From positions 2,624,001 through 2,688,000 of the forward strand of contig OZ241892.1 of the NCBI GenBank assembly GCA_965203485.1: a DNA stretch of 64,000 nucleotides. Direction: 5' to 3'. This document shows positions 31,501 to 39,409 of this stretch, piece after piece. The translations under genes were made by a program, and so were the position numbers. Positions within the stretch are counted from its first letter, which is position 1. Each line of letters opens with the position of its first letter. This DNA comes from Longimicrobiales bacterium. GTDB taxonomy: Bacteria > Gemmatimonadota > Gemmatimonadetes > Longimicrobiales > Gaopeijiaceae. The notes under the pieces were generated by a model, which was not told where the DNA came from, searched no databases, and saw nothing but the letters and a program-made list of their open reading frames with translations.

Positions 31501-32810
31501 TCTGCGACGTGGGCGCGAAGCATCTCGATCGTGCTCGGCCGGATTATGGAACCAAGCGCAGGCGCCGACCACTCCTGCCGCAACAGCCGCCGATCCTTCC
31601 CCTCCAGCGCGCGGATCAAGCCGGCGATATCCTCGTCGCCGAACCCGCCGGCATCGCCATGGGCCAGGACGCCGATCGGATCCGCGCTCGCCAAAGCGTG
31701 CCTGGCTTCCCCGCAAAGGGCGGCCAGCCACGCGGCCAAGCCCCGAAGCCCAGACACGATGCCGCCGTCGTGGCCGGTCAGAAGGGCCAGAACCCGTTCG
31801 CTCGGCAGCCCCGCTCCCTCGCCGCTGGTTCTTCCCTCGATGACGTTGCGGAGGAACCGAGCCCCGACGTACTCCGCGATATGCACGTGGACGGGCACGA
31901 AGCGTCCAGGCGACTGCGCAGTGAAGAGCTTGGTGGCGAGCACCCGACGCAGCGCTTCCCCGTCTCCGTCCGCCACTTCGTCAGGGGCTAGGTCGTCGTT
32001 GCGCTTCTCCACGCCGCTTCTGCAAATCGCCTGTGCGTCCGTAAGCAAAAAGAACGCCGCCAGTCGGCCCGCCGCATCGAGCAGGCGCTCGGCGCCCAAC
32101 TCGCTTGCGTCGCGATCCCATGCCGCGTCCAGGTGCTCGGGATTCTCCTCCTGCACGAGTCGGAGGCAGGCCTTCTCGAACACTTCGGTTCGGCTCGTCG
32201 GCCAGCTCCCGTTCGCCACAATGCCCGCCAACAGCTCGAGAGACTGGGGGCTGTCCAGCAGTCCGCCGAGACCCCGGTCCACGGCCTGCCGAACAAAGTC
32301 GGCTACGTCCATTTTCTGGGCCGCAGGCAACCCAGCCAGAACGTGGCGAACGTCGTCGCCGCCGAGGGGGTCGAGTTGCAGAAGCCGAAGCCGTCCGCCG
32401 TCGAGTAGGGACTGGAGCGCGTTCGTGTCCGTGAGTCCCCAGTCGGCCGGCCGGCACGAGAGCCTGAACCGGGGACGCCCCAGCTTCCTCAACCGGGCGA
32501 CGATCTTGTCCAGTGGAGAACGGGGGTCGCCGCCGCCCGCTCGCACTTCGTCCAGGCCGTCGATGAAGAGCACGGCGTTTTTGGCGTCCAGCGCGCCGTC
32601 CAGGTCGCCCCGGACGAACTCGCGGGCGGTCACGTATCTTGCCCCGCCCGCCTGGGCTTCGCGCTTGAAGGCGGTCGTCTTGCCTGCCCCGGGGTCGCCC
32701 AGTAGCACGTAGGCCCATTCGCACCGGAAGGCCGAGATCGGGCGAGAGGGTTGGACGGATGAACCGTCTTGGTCGTCGTACTCGGTCGCGGTTCGGTCTA
32801 CGTACGTCAT
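28590..32810 (-). CDS. NACHT/STAND NTPase with long helical sensor region and C-terminal PD-(D/E)xK nuclease (about 1400 aa)
   Basis: VLLGDPGAGKTT, LFIDGLDE, LSCR; C-terminal EDTCRD..PEAQYAEGKRADIRV..VPVEIKK..QLIEQY..GVYVVLWFG. ATG overlaps the upstream stop. Confidence 0.85.
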   Translation of the reverse strand: MTYVDRTATEYDDQDGSSVQPSRPISAFRCEWAYVLLGDPGAGKTTAFKREAQAGGARYVTAREFVRGDLDGALDAKNAVLFIDGLDEVRAGGGDPRSPLDKIVARLRKLGRPRFRLSCRPADWGLTDTNALQSLLDGGRLRLLQLDPLGGDDVRHVLAGLPAAQKMDVADFVRQAVDRGLGGLLDSPQSLELLAGIVANGSWPTSRTEVFEKACLRLVQEENPEHLDAAWDRDASELGAERLLDAAGRLAAFFLLTDAQAICRSGVEKRNDDLAPDEVADGDGEALRRVLATKLFTAQSPGRFVPVHVHIAEYVGARFLRNVIEGRTSGEGAGLPSERVLALLTGHDGGIVSGLRGLAAWLAALCGEARHALASADPIGVLAHGDAGGFGDEDIAGLIRALEGKDRRLLRQEWSAPALGSIIRPSTIEMLRAHVADDDRGDARQAVVDLLLRGIPHAASALWASPERFPTTPRSFIRELLRLVRDPTWWPRVRHAGLAAALHAVARSGKGNELVDELLAETKDGRVHDPDNELRGKLLTAWYPDRVPPERIWSYVPKTANHRLIGLDVLFWFKRVEQSTRDADLPVLLDGLLASRSRLLAVLREGQLNDLVHRLLVRALNVHGETTPVSRLSKWIEFAAGTEPTDIGRLDGPELRRLRSWFATHPAVGRACLLEFLRKNAQKEDLDIDAWRYRRKLFDGSPPPGFAAWCLDHAIGLASSHVPAARLLLEWAVSLRRAKPHFARWIACAGARLQDMPELRDHLASFAEPPDSLRDQAGTALTEWDKKATAARERRRREEQQFVAHVRERARDLAASSCKPVLLDCLARTYFGFDSGNMSTDPVASLRKLLDSDERLVAATLSGFKRALERDDLPGLDEIVRLDSEGKRSHFALPVLAGLAEGDRTGCGGHRKLTANGIKRAAGFYYLTPRPMVRDPHSGCYHQAHVPDWYDELVKSHTELVAEGLVAVHMSKIRRKTPCEEHLASVAGNPKYRKLAQLAAPSLLRAFPVRCTRPQILALRHLLWASVRYMPDDLASRTATKLARSGMDVAQQALWLGAGMLASPGRYLATAMEFIGEGSPVRAQHLMSFVVPDDLPSFLMEWSTEHLATAIRGVGARVNPWRPPDDNEMKAHFMTHAVEAADKARRLLSAWLDRLANKPGAKAADALEVLAVAPELAMWRHVIFEARDRQVLLRRDHLHQIPTADEVQKVLQDGQPANPTDLLALLVARLERLATEIRDGNTNDWRQYWNVDSHGRPKKKEPRPEDTCRDALLSAVRGRLPTGVGVNVDAQPEAQYAEGKRADIRVSCGGHAVPVEIKKNTHPQLWSAINDQLIEQYARAPESGGHGVYVVLWFGVRYTKTVPPSGRRPKTPEALRERLRGELAPDQRHKIKVVVLDVSRPTERGA

Positions 32811-34042
32811 GGAGCACGGGGACGATGCTCGTCCAGCCAGTAGCTCGCCGGAGAAGAGAGGAACTCGTTCAGGGGCACGCCGCCGGCTCCCACCAGGAGG
32901 GTGCGGGCGTTGGGAAAGCGCTTCCGAAAGTCGTCCATGCCGGCCAGCCGCGTACGTCGAGGGCCGCTCTTCACTTCGATACCCAGGACGTTGGGCCCCC
33001 GCGACAGCACGAAGTCCACTTCGCGGGACTGGCGACGCCAGTAGTGCAGCTTCGTGGCCGTCCGCAGCGAGTTGTGCAGATGCGCCCCGATCGCGCTCTC
33101 GACGATTCGGCCCCAGAAGCCCCGGTCGGCCCGGGCCTCGTCGAACGTGTAGCCCGTCGGCGCGGTCATCACCGCCGTGTTGAGGACGTTCAGCTTGGGA
33201 CTCGACGCCTTGCCCAAATGCGGCTTGGCGGAGTAGTTGCCGAGTCCCGTCACGAGTCCCGCGTCCGACAGGAGGTCGAGGTAGCGAGCCAGGGTCGTCG
33301 TGTTGCCGGCGTCTTGGAGCTGTCCGACCATCTTGTTGTACGACAGCACCTGCCCCGAGTAGTGGGGCGCCAGGTCCATCAACCGACGCATCAAGGCAGG
33401 CTTGTCCACGCGGGTCAGAGCGACGATGTCGCGGTCGATGGTGGGAGCGACGATGGTGTTCTGCACGTAGCTGCGCCATGCGCCAAGGTTGTTCTTGAAG
33501 CCCGCTGCGCCCGGATAGCCTCCGAAGAACAGATGCTCGTCCATGCTGTAGTCGAACGCCTCGGCCATCTCCGGAAGGGACCAGTGGCGAACCGGCACCG
33601 GAAAGAAGCGACCCACCATGCTCTCGTGCAGGCCGGTGAGCATCGACCACGGAGCCGATCCCGACACGATCGCCCGCACAGGGCATCCGGTGGCTTGGTC
33701 CTCGTCCCACAGTCCTTTCACGACCCCCGACCAACCCTTGATGGACTGGACTTCGTCGAGGGCGAGCACGAAGCCCCGCTCGATCTTCTCGGCTTCCCGC
33801 CGAGCGTGCTCCCAGAGTCCGACCAACCACCCGAGGTCGTCCCGTGAAGGCGGCGCCAGCGGGTCGCCCGGCCGATCCACGGCGACGTACCGGCTGGGCA
33901 GGCCAACCCGCTCCAGAGCTTGGCGGATGATCGTGGTCTTGCCCGTCTGGCGCGGACCCGTCACGGCCACCACGAGCCGCTTGGAGTCTTCGGCCAAAAG
34001 GCGGACGACGGTCTCGACTTGCAGGCGCTCAAAGCTGATCAT
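32807..34042 (-). CDS. AAA_14 + DUF4143 ATP-binding protein
   Basis: TGPRQTGKTT, LDEVQ, SGSA, GGYP, C-terminal YWR..EVDFV..IEVKSG. Confidence 0.92.
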   Translation of the reverse strand: MISFERLQVETVVRLLAEDSKRLVVAVTGPRQTGKTTIIRQALERVGLPSRYVAVDRPGDPLAPPSRDDLGWLVGLWEHARREAEKIERGFVLALDEVQSIKGWSGVVKGLWDEDQATGCPVRAIVSGSAPWSMLTGLHESMVGRFFPVPVRHWSLPEMAEAFDYSMDEHLFFGGYPGAAGFKNNLGAWRSYVQNTIVAPTIDRDIVALTRVDKPALMRRLMDLAPHYSGQVLSYNKMVGQLQDAGNTTTLARYLDLLSDAGLVTGLGNYSAKPHLGKASSPKLNVLNTAVMTAPTGYTFDEARADRGFWGRIVESAIGAHLHNSLRTATKLHYWRRQSREVDFVLSRGPNVLGIEVKSGPRRTRLAGMDDFRKRFPNARTLLVGAGGVPLNEFLSSPASYWLDEHRPRAP

Positions 34043-34058
34043 ACGGAACAATAAGCCA

Positions 34059-34076
34059 TTGAGTGAAAATACTCAA
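34059..34076. promoter_or_regulatory. Inverted repeat TTGAGT-N6-ACTCAA in the divergent AAA_14/hsdM intergenic region
   Basis: TTGAGTGAAAATACTCAA, 17 bp upstream of ATG 34042. Confidence 0.35.
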
Positions 34077-34314
34077 CAGCTTGGCGACGACGGTTTCCCC
34101 GCGAATCGAGGACAACGGCAAAAGACCGGCTACTCAAGCCCGTGGACGACTCGCGCGCGCCGGCTTGCGCGGACCGAGCCCATGCGGCATATTTTCGCCA
34201 GCGGTCCCTGTCCATCCGCCGGGCCGACCCCCTTAGACCATTCGCTCGCGCCCCGGAAGCGACGCCCGTGAGTCTACCCGTCGGCAAAAACGACCTTCCC
34301 GGCACCGTCGTCGA

Positions 34315-35931
34315 ATGAGCGTGCCGGCCAAGGTCCCATCCTCCGCCGCCACGACCGGCTACGAGGCCGAGCTGTGGAAGATGGCGGACGCGCTTCGCGG
34401 CTCCATGGACGCCGCCGAGTACAAGCACGTCGTCCTGGGGCTGATCTTCCTCAAGTACGTCTCCGACGCCTTCGAGGAAATGCACGCGAAGCTCGGCGAG
34501 GACGAGCACGCCGACCCGGAGGACCCGGACGAGTACCTGGCCGAGAGCATCTTCTGGGTGCCGCCCGAGGCCCGCTGGGGGCGGCTCAAGGCCGCCGCCA
34601 AGCAACCCGGAATCGGCCGGCTCGTGGACGACTCGATGACCGCCGTCGAGCGCGACAACCCCATGCTGAAGGACGTCCTGCCGAAGGACTACGCCCGCCA
34701 GTCCCTCGACCAGACGCGCCTGGGCCAGCTCATCGACATGGTGAGCAACATCAAGGTCGGCGACGAGGCCGCCCGCTCGAAGGACGTGCTCGGCAGGGTC
34801 TACGAGTATTTCCTGTCGCGCTTCGCGGACGCCGAAGGCAAGCGGGGCGGCGAGTTCTACACCCCCCGTTGCGTCGTCAAGCTGCTGGTCGAGATGATCG
34901 AACCGTTCAAGGGGCGCGTCTACGACCCGTGCTGCGGCTCGTCGGGCATGTTCGTGCAGTCGCTGGAGTTCATCCGGGCGCACCGAAAGCCCAACGGCGG
35001 CGGAGACGCGGCGCCCGGCGGCGACGGCCTGCCGTCGACTGCCCCGGACCCCATCTCCGTCTACGGCCAAGAGTCCAACTACACGACCTGGCGCCTCGCC
35101 AAGATGAACCTCGCCATCCGCGGAATCGAAGGCCAGATCGCCCACGGAGACACCTTCCACAACGACCGCCACCCCGCCCTCAAGGCCGACTACATCCTCG
35201 CCAACCCGCCCTTCAACGTGAGCGACTGGGGCGCGGAGCGGCTGAAGGACGACCAGCGCTGGCGCTTCGGCACGCCGCCCAAGGGCAACGCCAACTTTGC
35301 CTGGGTCCAGCACATGGTGCACCACCTGTCGCCCACCGGAGTCGCCGGCTTCGTGCTGGCCAACGGCTCGATGAGCTCCCGCCAAAAGGCCGAGGCCGCC
35401 GTCCGCCAAGGGCTGGTGGACGCCGAGATGCTGGACTGCATGGTCGCCCTGCCCACGCAACTCTTCTACTCGACCCAGATACCCGCCTGCCTGTGGTTCT
35501 TGGCCCGCGACCGAAGCAACGGCCCGTACCGCGACCGCCGAGGCCAAGTCCTCTTCGTCGACGCCCGCCAGCTGGGGCGCATGGTGGATCGCACCCACCG
35601 CGAGCTCACCGACGAGGACGTGTCCCGAATCGCCGGCACCTATCACGCTTGGCGCAGCCCCGAGGCCGCCGACGCCTACCAGGACGTCCCCGGCTTCTGC
35701 AAGAGCGCCCCGCTGGAAGAGATCCGCCGCTACGACTACGTGCTCACGCCCGGCCGCTACGTCGGCGTCGAGCCCCAGGAAGAAGACGACGAACCCTTCG
35801 AGGACAAGATGCGACGTCTCGCGGCCGAGTGGCGCGAGCAGGTGGCGGAGGCGCGGCGGCTGGACGCGAAGATCGAAGCGAACTTGAGGTCCCTCGGCTT
35901 TCCGCCTCCGGAAGACCGCCCATCGGAATGA
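34315..35931 (+). CDS. hsdM: Type I R-M methyltransferase subunit M
   Basis: [43 protein letters not shown]. Confidence 0.96.
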   Translation: MSVPAKVPSSAATTGYEAELWKMADALRGSMDAAEYKHVVLGLIFLKYVSDAFEEMHAKLGEDEHADPEDPDEYLAESIFWVPPEARWGRLKAAAKQPGIGRLVDDSMTAVERDNPMLKDVLPKDYARQSLDQTRLGQLIDMVSNIKVGDEAARSKDVLGRVYEYFLSRFADAEGKRGGEFYTPRCVVKLLVEMIEPFKGRVYDPCCGSSGMFVQSLEFIRAHRKPNGGGDAAPGGDGLPSTAPDPISVYGQESNYTTWRLAKMNLAIRGIEGQIAHGDTFHNDRHPALKADYILANPPFNVSDWGAERLKDDQRWRFGTPPKGNANFAWVQHMVHHLSPTGVAGFVLANGSMSSRQKAEAAVRQGLVDAEMLDCMVALPTQLFYSTQIPACLWFLARDRSNGPYRDRRGQVLFVDARQLGRMVDRTHRELTDEDVSRIAGTYHAWRSPEAADAYQDVPGFCKSAPLEEIRRYDYVLTPGRYVGVEPQEEDDEPFEDKMRRLAAEWREQVAEARRLDAKIEANLRSLGFPPPEDRPSE

Positions 35932-36344
35932 TCGACTACGGCAAGTTCCGCCTCTCGCTGGAGCGGCTCCAAGAGCAGTACGAAAACTACAGCCAGCCCG
36001 ACCTTTCGTTGCCCGAGGTCACGCGCGAGGCCGTCGCCGAGTCGGTCGTCCACCGCTTCGAGACGTGCTACGACTCCCTGTGGAAGGCCCTCAAGCGGTA
36101 CTTGGCGGAAGAGCTGGGCGTCGCCGACCTTCCCAACAGCCCCAAGCCGATCTTCCGACTTGCCTCCGAGAACCACCTGTTTGACAGCCCTCTGGAGCGT
36201 TGGCTAGGATATGCCGAACACCGCGTGGGCACGGCCCACGACTACAGCCTGTCGAAGGCCGAGGACTGCTTGGCGGCGACGGGCGACTTCATCGTGGACG
36301 CCACCGCGCTTTACGAGACGATGACCGGGGAACGATGGAAATGA
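35928..36344 (+). CDS. HEPN toxin / nucleotidyltransferase substrate-binding protein (HI0074 family)
   Basis: C-terminal 138 aa of track ORF 34374..36344: [42 protein letters not shown] overlaps at both ends. Confidence 0.88.
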   Translation: MIDYGKFRLSLERLQEQYENYSQPDLSLPEVTREAVAESVVHRFETCYDSLWKALKRYLAEELGVADLPNSPKPIFRLASENHLFDSPLERWLGYAEHRVGTAHDYSLSKAEDCLAATGDFIVDATALYETMTGERWK

Positions 36345-37876
36345 AGGGCGAGATCGATCTGACGGAGGAGCAGCGGCAACTGGTGGTAGGGTTGATCAAA
36401 CGGCACCTGCCCGACACGGATGTGTGGGCTTATGGGTCGAGGGTGACGTGGACTGCGCGGCCCGGGTCTGACTTGGACTTGGTTGTGTTTTCCGATACTG
36501 ACCACAGTCGTGAGGTGTCCGACTTTCGGGAGGCATTGGACGACAGCAACTTGCCGTTTCGCGTAGATGTGTCGGTTTGGGGCGAATTGCCGGAGTCGTT
36601 TCGACAAGAAATTGACCAGGCACACTTTCCTGTTGTCGAGGACACGTCCCACGTGATGCATCTGACTTTCGGCGAGTGTGCGACATTGGTACGTGACACC
36701 GTTGATCCCGAGGATATGCCTAGCGATATGCCATACGTCGGTCTCGGCCATATCCCCCGCAACGGTCTTGCCATAATCAATCCTGGCGTAGCAAGTGACG
36801 TGACGAGTGCGAAGACTCGTTTCCGACGCGGTGATATATTGTTTGGACGACTACGGCCATATTTCCGTAAGGTGGCACGTGCTCAGTACGATGGCATATG
36901 TTCGACGGACATTTGGGTAGTGCGCGCTCGTTCAGGTATAGAACAAGAATACTTATTCTACCAGATGGCTCACCGCCAATTTGTTGATTATGCTTCCTCT
37001 GCCTCCGAGGGCACAAGAATGCCGAGAGCAAAATGGGATCACGTCGCGCAATATAATATTGCTCTTCCATGCATAAGCATCCAACAGCGTATCGCTCATC
37101 TTCTTCGTACCATGGACGAGAAGATCAATCTGATTCAGAGAAAAATGGGAACTCTTGATTCGATACTCCGCACTGTTTTTTATGGTTGGTTCGTGACCTA
37201 TGATCCGGTTTATGCCAAGGCAGAGGGCCGAGATGCAAAACTACCGGCGACGATTGCCGATGCTTTTGTCGATTCCACAACTACTTCGTCACTAGGATCC
37301 ATACCATCTGGATGGACAGTGAAATCGTTAGGTGACCTTCTCACACTCGCCTACGGCAGAGCACTCCCTTCTCGGAACAGACGGCACAATGGAAGCATAC
37401 CAGTTTATGGTTCAAATGGTCAAATCGGATGGCATGACACGGCACTTGTCGACGGACCCGGCATCGTAGTTGGGCGAAAAGGAACACCAGGTACGGTCAA
37501 TTGGATTTCCACCGATTTCTTTCCCATAGATACAGCATATTATGTTGTACCAAGACATCATTGCATTTCTTTGTTTTTTTTGTTTTTTGCATTACAAGAT
37601 CAACGTCTTTCCTTGCTCGTCGCCGATTCCGCTGTACCCGGATTGAATCGTGATATTGCGTATGCTCAACAACAAGTTTTTCCCACTGCTCGTGTTCTTA
37701 GGCTTTTCGACGAATGTGTGAAGCCATTCTTTGCCACCATTGGACACTTGACAGACGAACGCCAACTCATCATTTCGGTACGCAATCTTCTGCTGGATCA
37801 GTTTATGAGTCGTGGGAATGCGAATCATCAATCAAGCCATAACACCGGATCGCCCGTGAGTCCAGAACCTGTGTGA
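36341..37876 (+). CDS. hsdS: MNT nucleotidyltransferase - HsdS fusion (type I specificity subunit with two TRDs)
   Basis: N-terminal VWAYGSRVTWTARPGSDLDLVV..LPFRVDV, in frame with GDILFGRLRPY..LP..QQRIA..MDEKI..IPSGW..IVVGRKG. Confidence 0.9.
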   Translation: MKGEIDLTEEQRQLVVGLIKRHLPDTDVWAYGSRVTWTARPGSDLDLVVFSDTDHSREVSDFREALDDSNLPFRVDVSVWGELPESFRQEIDQAHFPVVEDTSHVMHLTFGECATLVRDTVDPEDMPSDMPYVGLGHIPRNGLAIINPGVASDVTSAKTRFRRGDILFGRLRPYFRKVARAQYDGICSTDIWVVRARSGIEQEYLFYQMAHRQFVDYASSASEGTRMPRAKWDHVAQYNIALPCISIQQRIAHLLRTMDEKINLIQRKMGTLDSILRTVFYGWFVTYDPVYAKAEGRDAKLPATIADAFVDSTTTSSLGSIPSGWTVKSLGDLLTLAYGRALPSRNRRHNGSIPVYGSNGQIGWHDTALVDGPGIVVGRKGTPGTVNWISTDFFPIDTAYYVVPRHHCISLFFLFFALQDQRLSLLVADSAVPGLNRDIAYAQQQVFPTARVLRLFDECVKPFFATIGHLTDERQLIISVRNLLLDQFMSRGNANHQSSHNTGSPVSPEPV

Positions 37877-37923
37877 TCAGATGGTCGCAAGAACCGCTTG
37901 TCGTTCCACCATGAAGGCTCCAG

Positions 37924-38075
37924 TTAGAACTTGAAGAGGGGCAGGAGCGGACGGTCCCGGACCCGCACCCTCCAAAACGCCATGTCCACCAGCCGGACCA
38001 TCTCGCGCTCCGCGTCCGCGAACTCCGTGCGTACTGGATCGAGAGTGTCGAAGTCGAGGTCGCCCCCCCAGTCGC
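37924..38075 (-). pseudogene. Rpn-family fragment
   Basis: DWGGDLDFDTLDPVRTEFADAEREMVRLVDMA.WRVR.RDRP, paralogous to about 38866-39015. Confidence 0.75.
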
Positions 38076-38148
38076 CGCTCCACGGCCTCTTGCCGACTGG
38101 GGTGTCCAGCAACACCAAGTAGTCTGAGCCAGCCTCGCCGTCCGTTCG

Positions 38149-39129
38149 CTAGTCGCCACCCGCCTTGGCGATCAGCTCCTCGCCCGTCTCGCACTCCGCC
38201 AACAGCCGCCCCAACCGCGCCAGCCGAGAGCGGTCCGTCACGCCGGCAAGCATGTCGGCCAGCCGCTCCGCCGCATCCGCGCCGAACTTCCACTTCGCCG
38301 TCTCCACGTACGCCCGAGCCTCCCCGAGCGTCTGGGCCTCCTGCGCCACTTTCGAGATGTGGTTCGCGTACACCTTGGTTGCCTCCTTCAGCGTGTCCAA
38401 CTGTCCGATTGTCTCCTCCGACCCCTTCCAATCTATCATCTGAACGCGAATCCACGCGACGTACGCCTCCCGCAACGCCGACGTGACCAAGCGCTCCTCC
38501 AGAACCGCCAACGCTTGCGCGACCCGTTCTGGGTCCCGCTCGAAGCGTAGCGCCAAGCCTGCACGCAGGCGGCCCGCCTTGCGCAGATCGAGAGACGCGC
38601 CCTTCGCCGCTTCCGCCTCCTCGTCCAGCAGCACCACTCGCTGGCCGTACACGAACGGCCTCAGTTCTTCGGGCGCGAGCTTCTCTAGCTCGCACGCCTT
38701 GCTCAGCGGCCCCCTCCACCTGCCCTCGAAGCTCTTGACCACCACAAACAACACCGCGCTCGCTTCCACGTCGGCCCCGGCACGCCGGCCTTCAGCCAAG
38801 CTCTGGTAGCACAGCGCCGTCTCGAGCAACGCGCGGGTCGCCATCCTCTTGTCCGCCTTCGACTGGAACTCGAACAGGAGCACGAGCCAGAGCGGGCGGT
38901 CCCGGAACCGCACCCTCCACGCCATGTCCACCAGCCGGACCGTCTCGCGCTCCGCGTCCACGAACTCCGTCGGCGCCGGCTCGAGGGTTCTGAAGTCGAG
39001 CGCGTCCACCCAGTCGCCGCCCACGGACTCGCCGACGATCTCGACGACGACTTCCTCCACAACCTCCGCGAACGAGTAGAACTGCTTGTACACTCGGTCC
39101 TTCTCGCCGTGCTTCGGCTGGTCGGGCAT
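38149..39129 (-). CDS. Rpn-family recombination-promoting nuclease / PD-(D/E)xK putative transposase
   Basis: DRVYKQFY..LDFRTLE..EFVD..DMAWRV..LLFEFQS..DKRMATR; typical KFG..DRSRLARLG..LAECETGEEL C-terminus. Inserted antisense between hsdS and hsdR. Confidence 0.8.
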   Translation of the reverse strand: MPDQPKHGEKDRVYKQFYSFAEVVEEVVVEIVGESVGGDWVDALDFRTLEPAPTEFVDAERETVRLVDMAWRVRFRDRPLWLVLLFEFQSKADKRMATRALLETALCYQSLAEGRRAGADVEASAVLFVVVKSFEGRWRGPLSKACELEKLAPEELRPFVYGQRVVLLDEEAEAAKGASLDLRKAGRLRAGLALRFERDPERVAQALAVLEERLVTSALREAYVAWIRVQMIDWKGSEETIGQLDTLKEATKVYANHISKVAQEAQTLGEARAYVETAKWKFGADAAERLADMLAGVTDRSRLARLGRLLAECETGEELIAKAGGD

Positions 39130-39409
39130 GAGCAGCCCCTCCGTTCCTGGCCGAGTGCGGGTTCGCTGTTGCGTCTGGAACTGGACGCCGGGAGGCCCGC
39201 CCGGAACGTCCGGGAGGCACGGCAGGCGGGTGCGTCCCTGAGAAGATGGGGCCGCAGAACGGGCGTTTGGATGGCTGGATCGGCCACGCGTGAAATTGGC
39301 TTGCGGGCTGGAAGGCCCCGCCGCCCTGCTTGCCGCGTCCTTGACTCGCGGCCATCTTGCGGAATCCAGGCAGTTCGGCCTCTTCGCGCCACACGTGGTG
39401 GCTCTTCCG

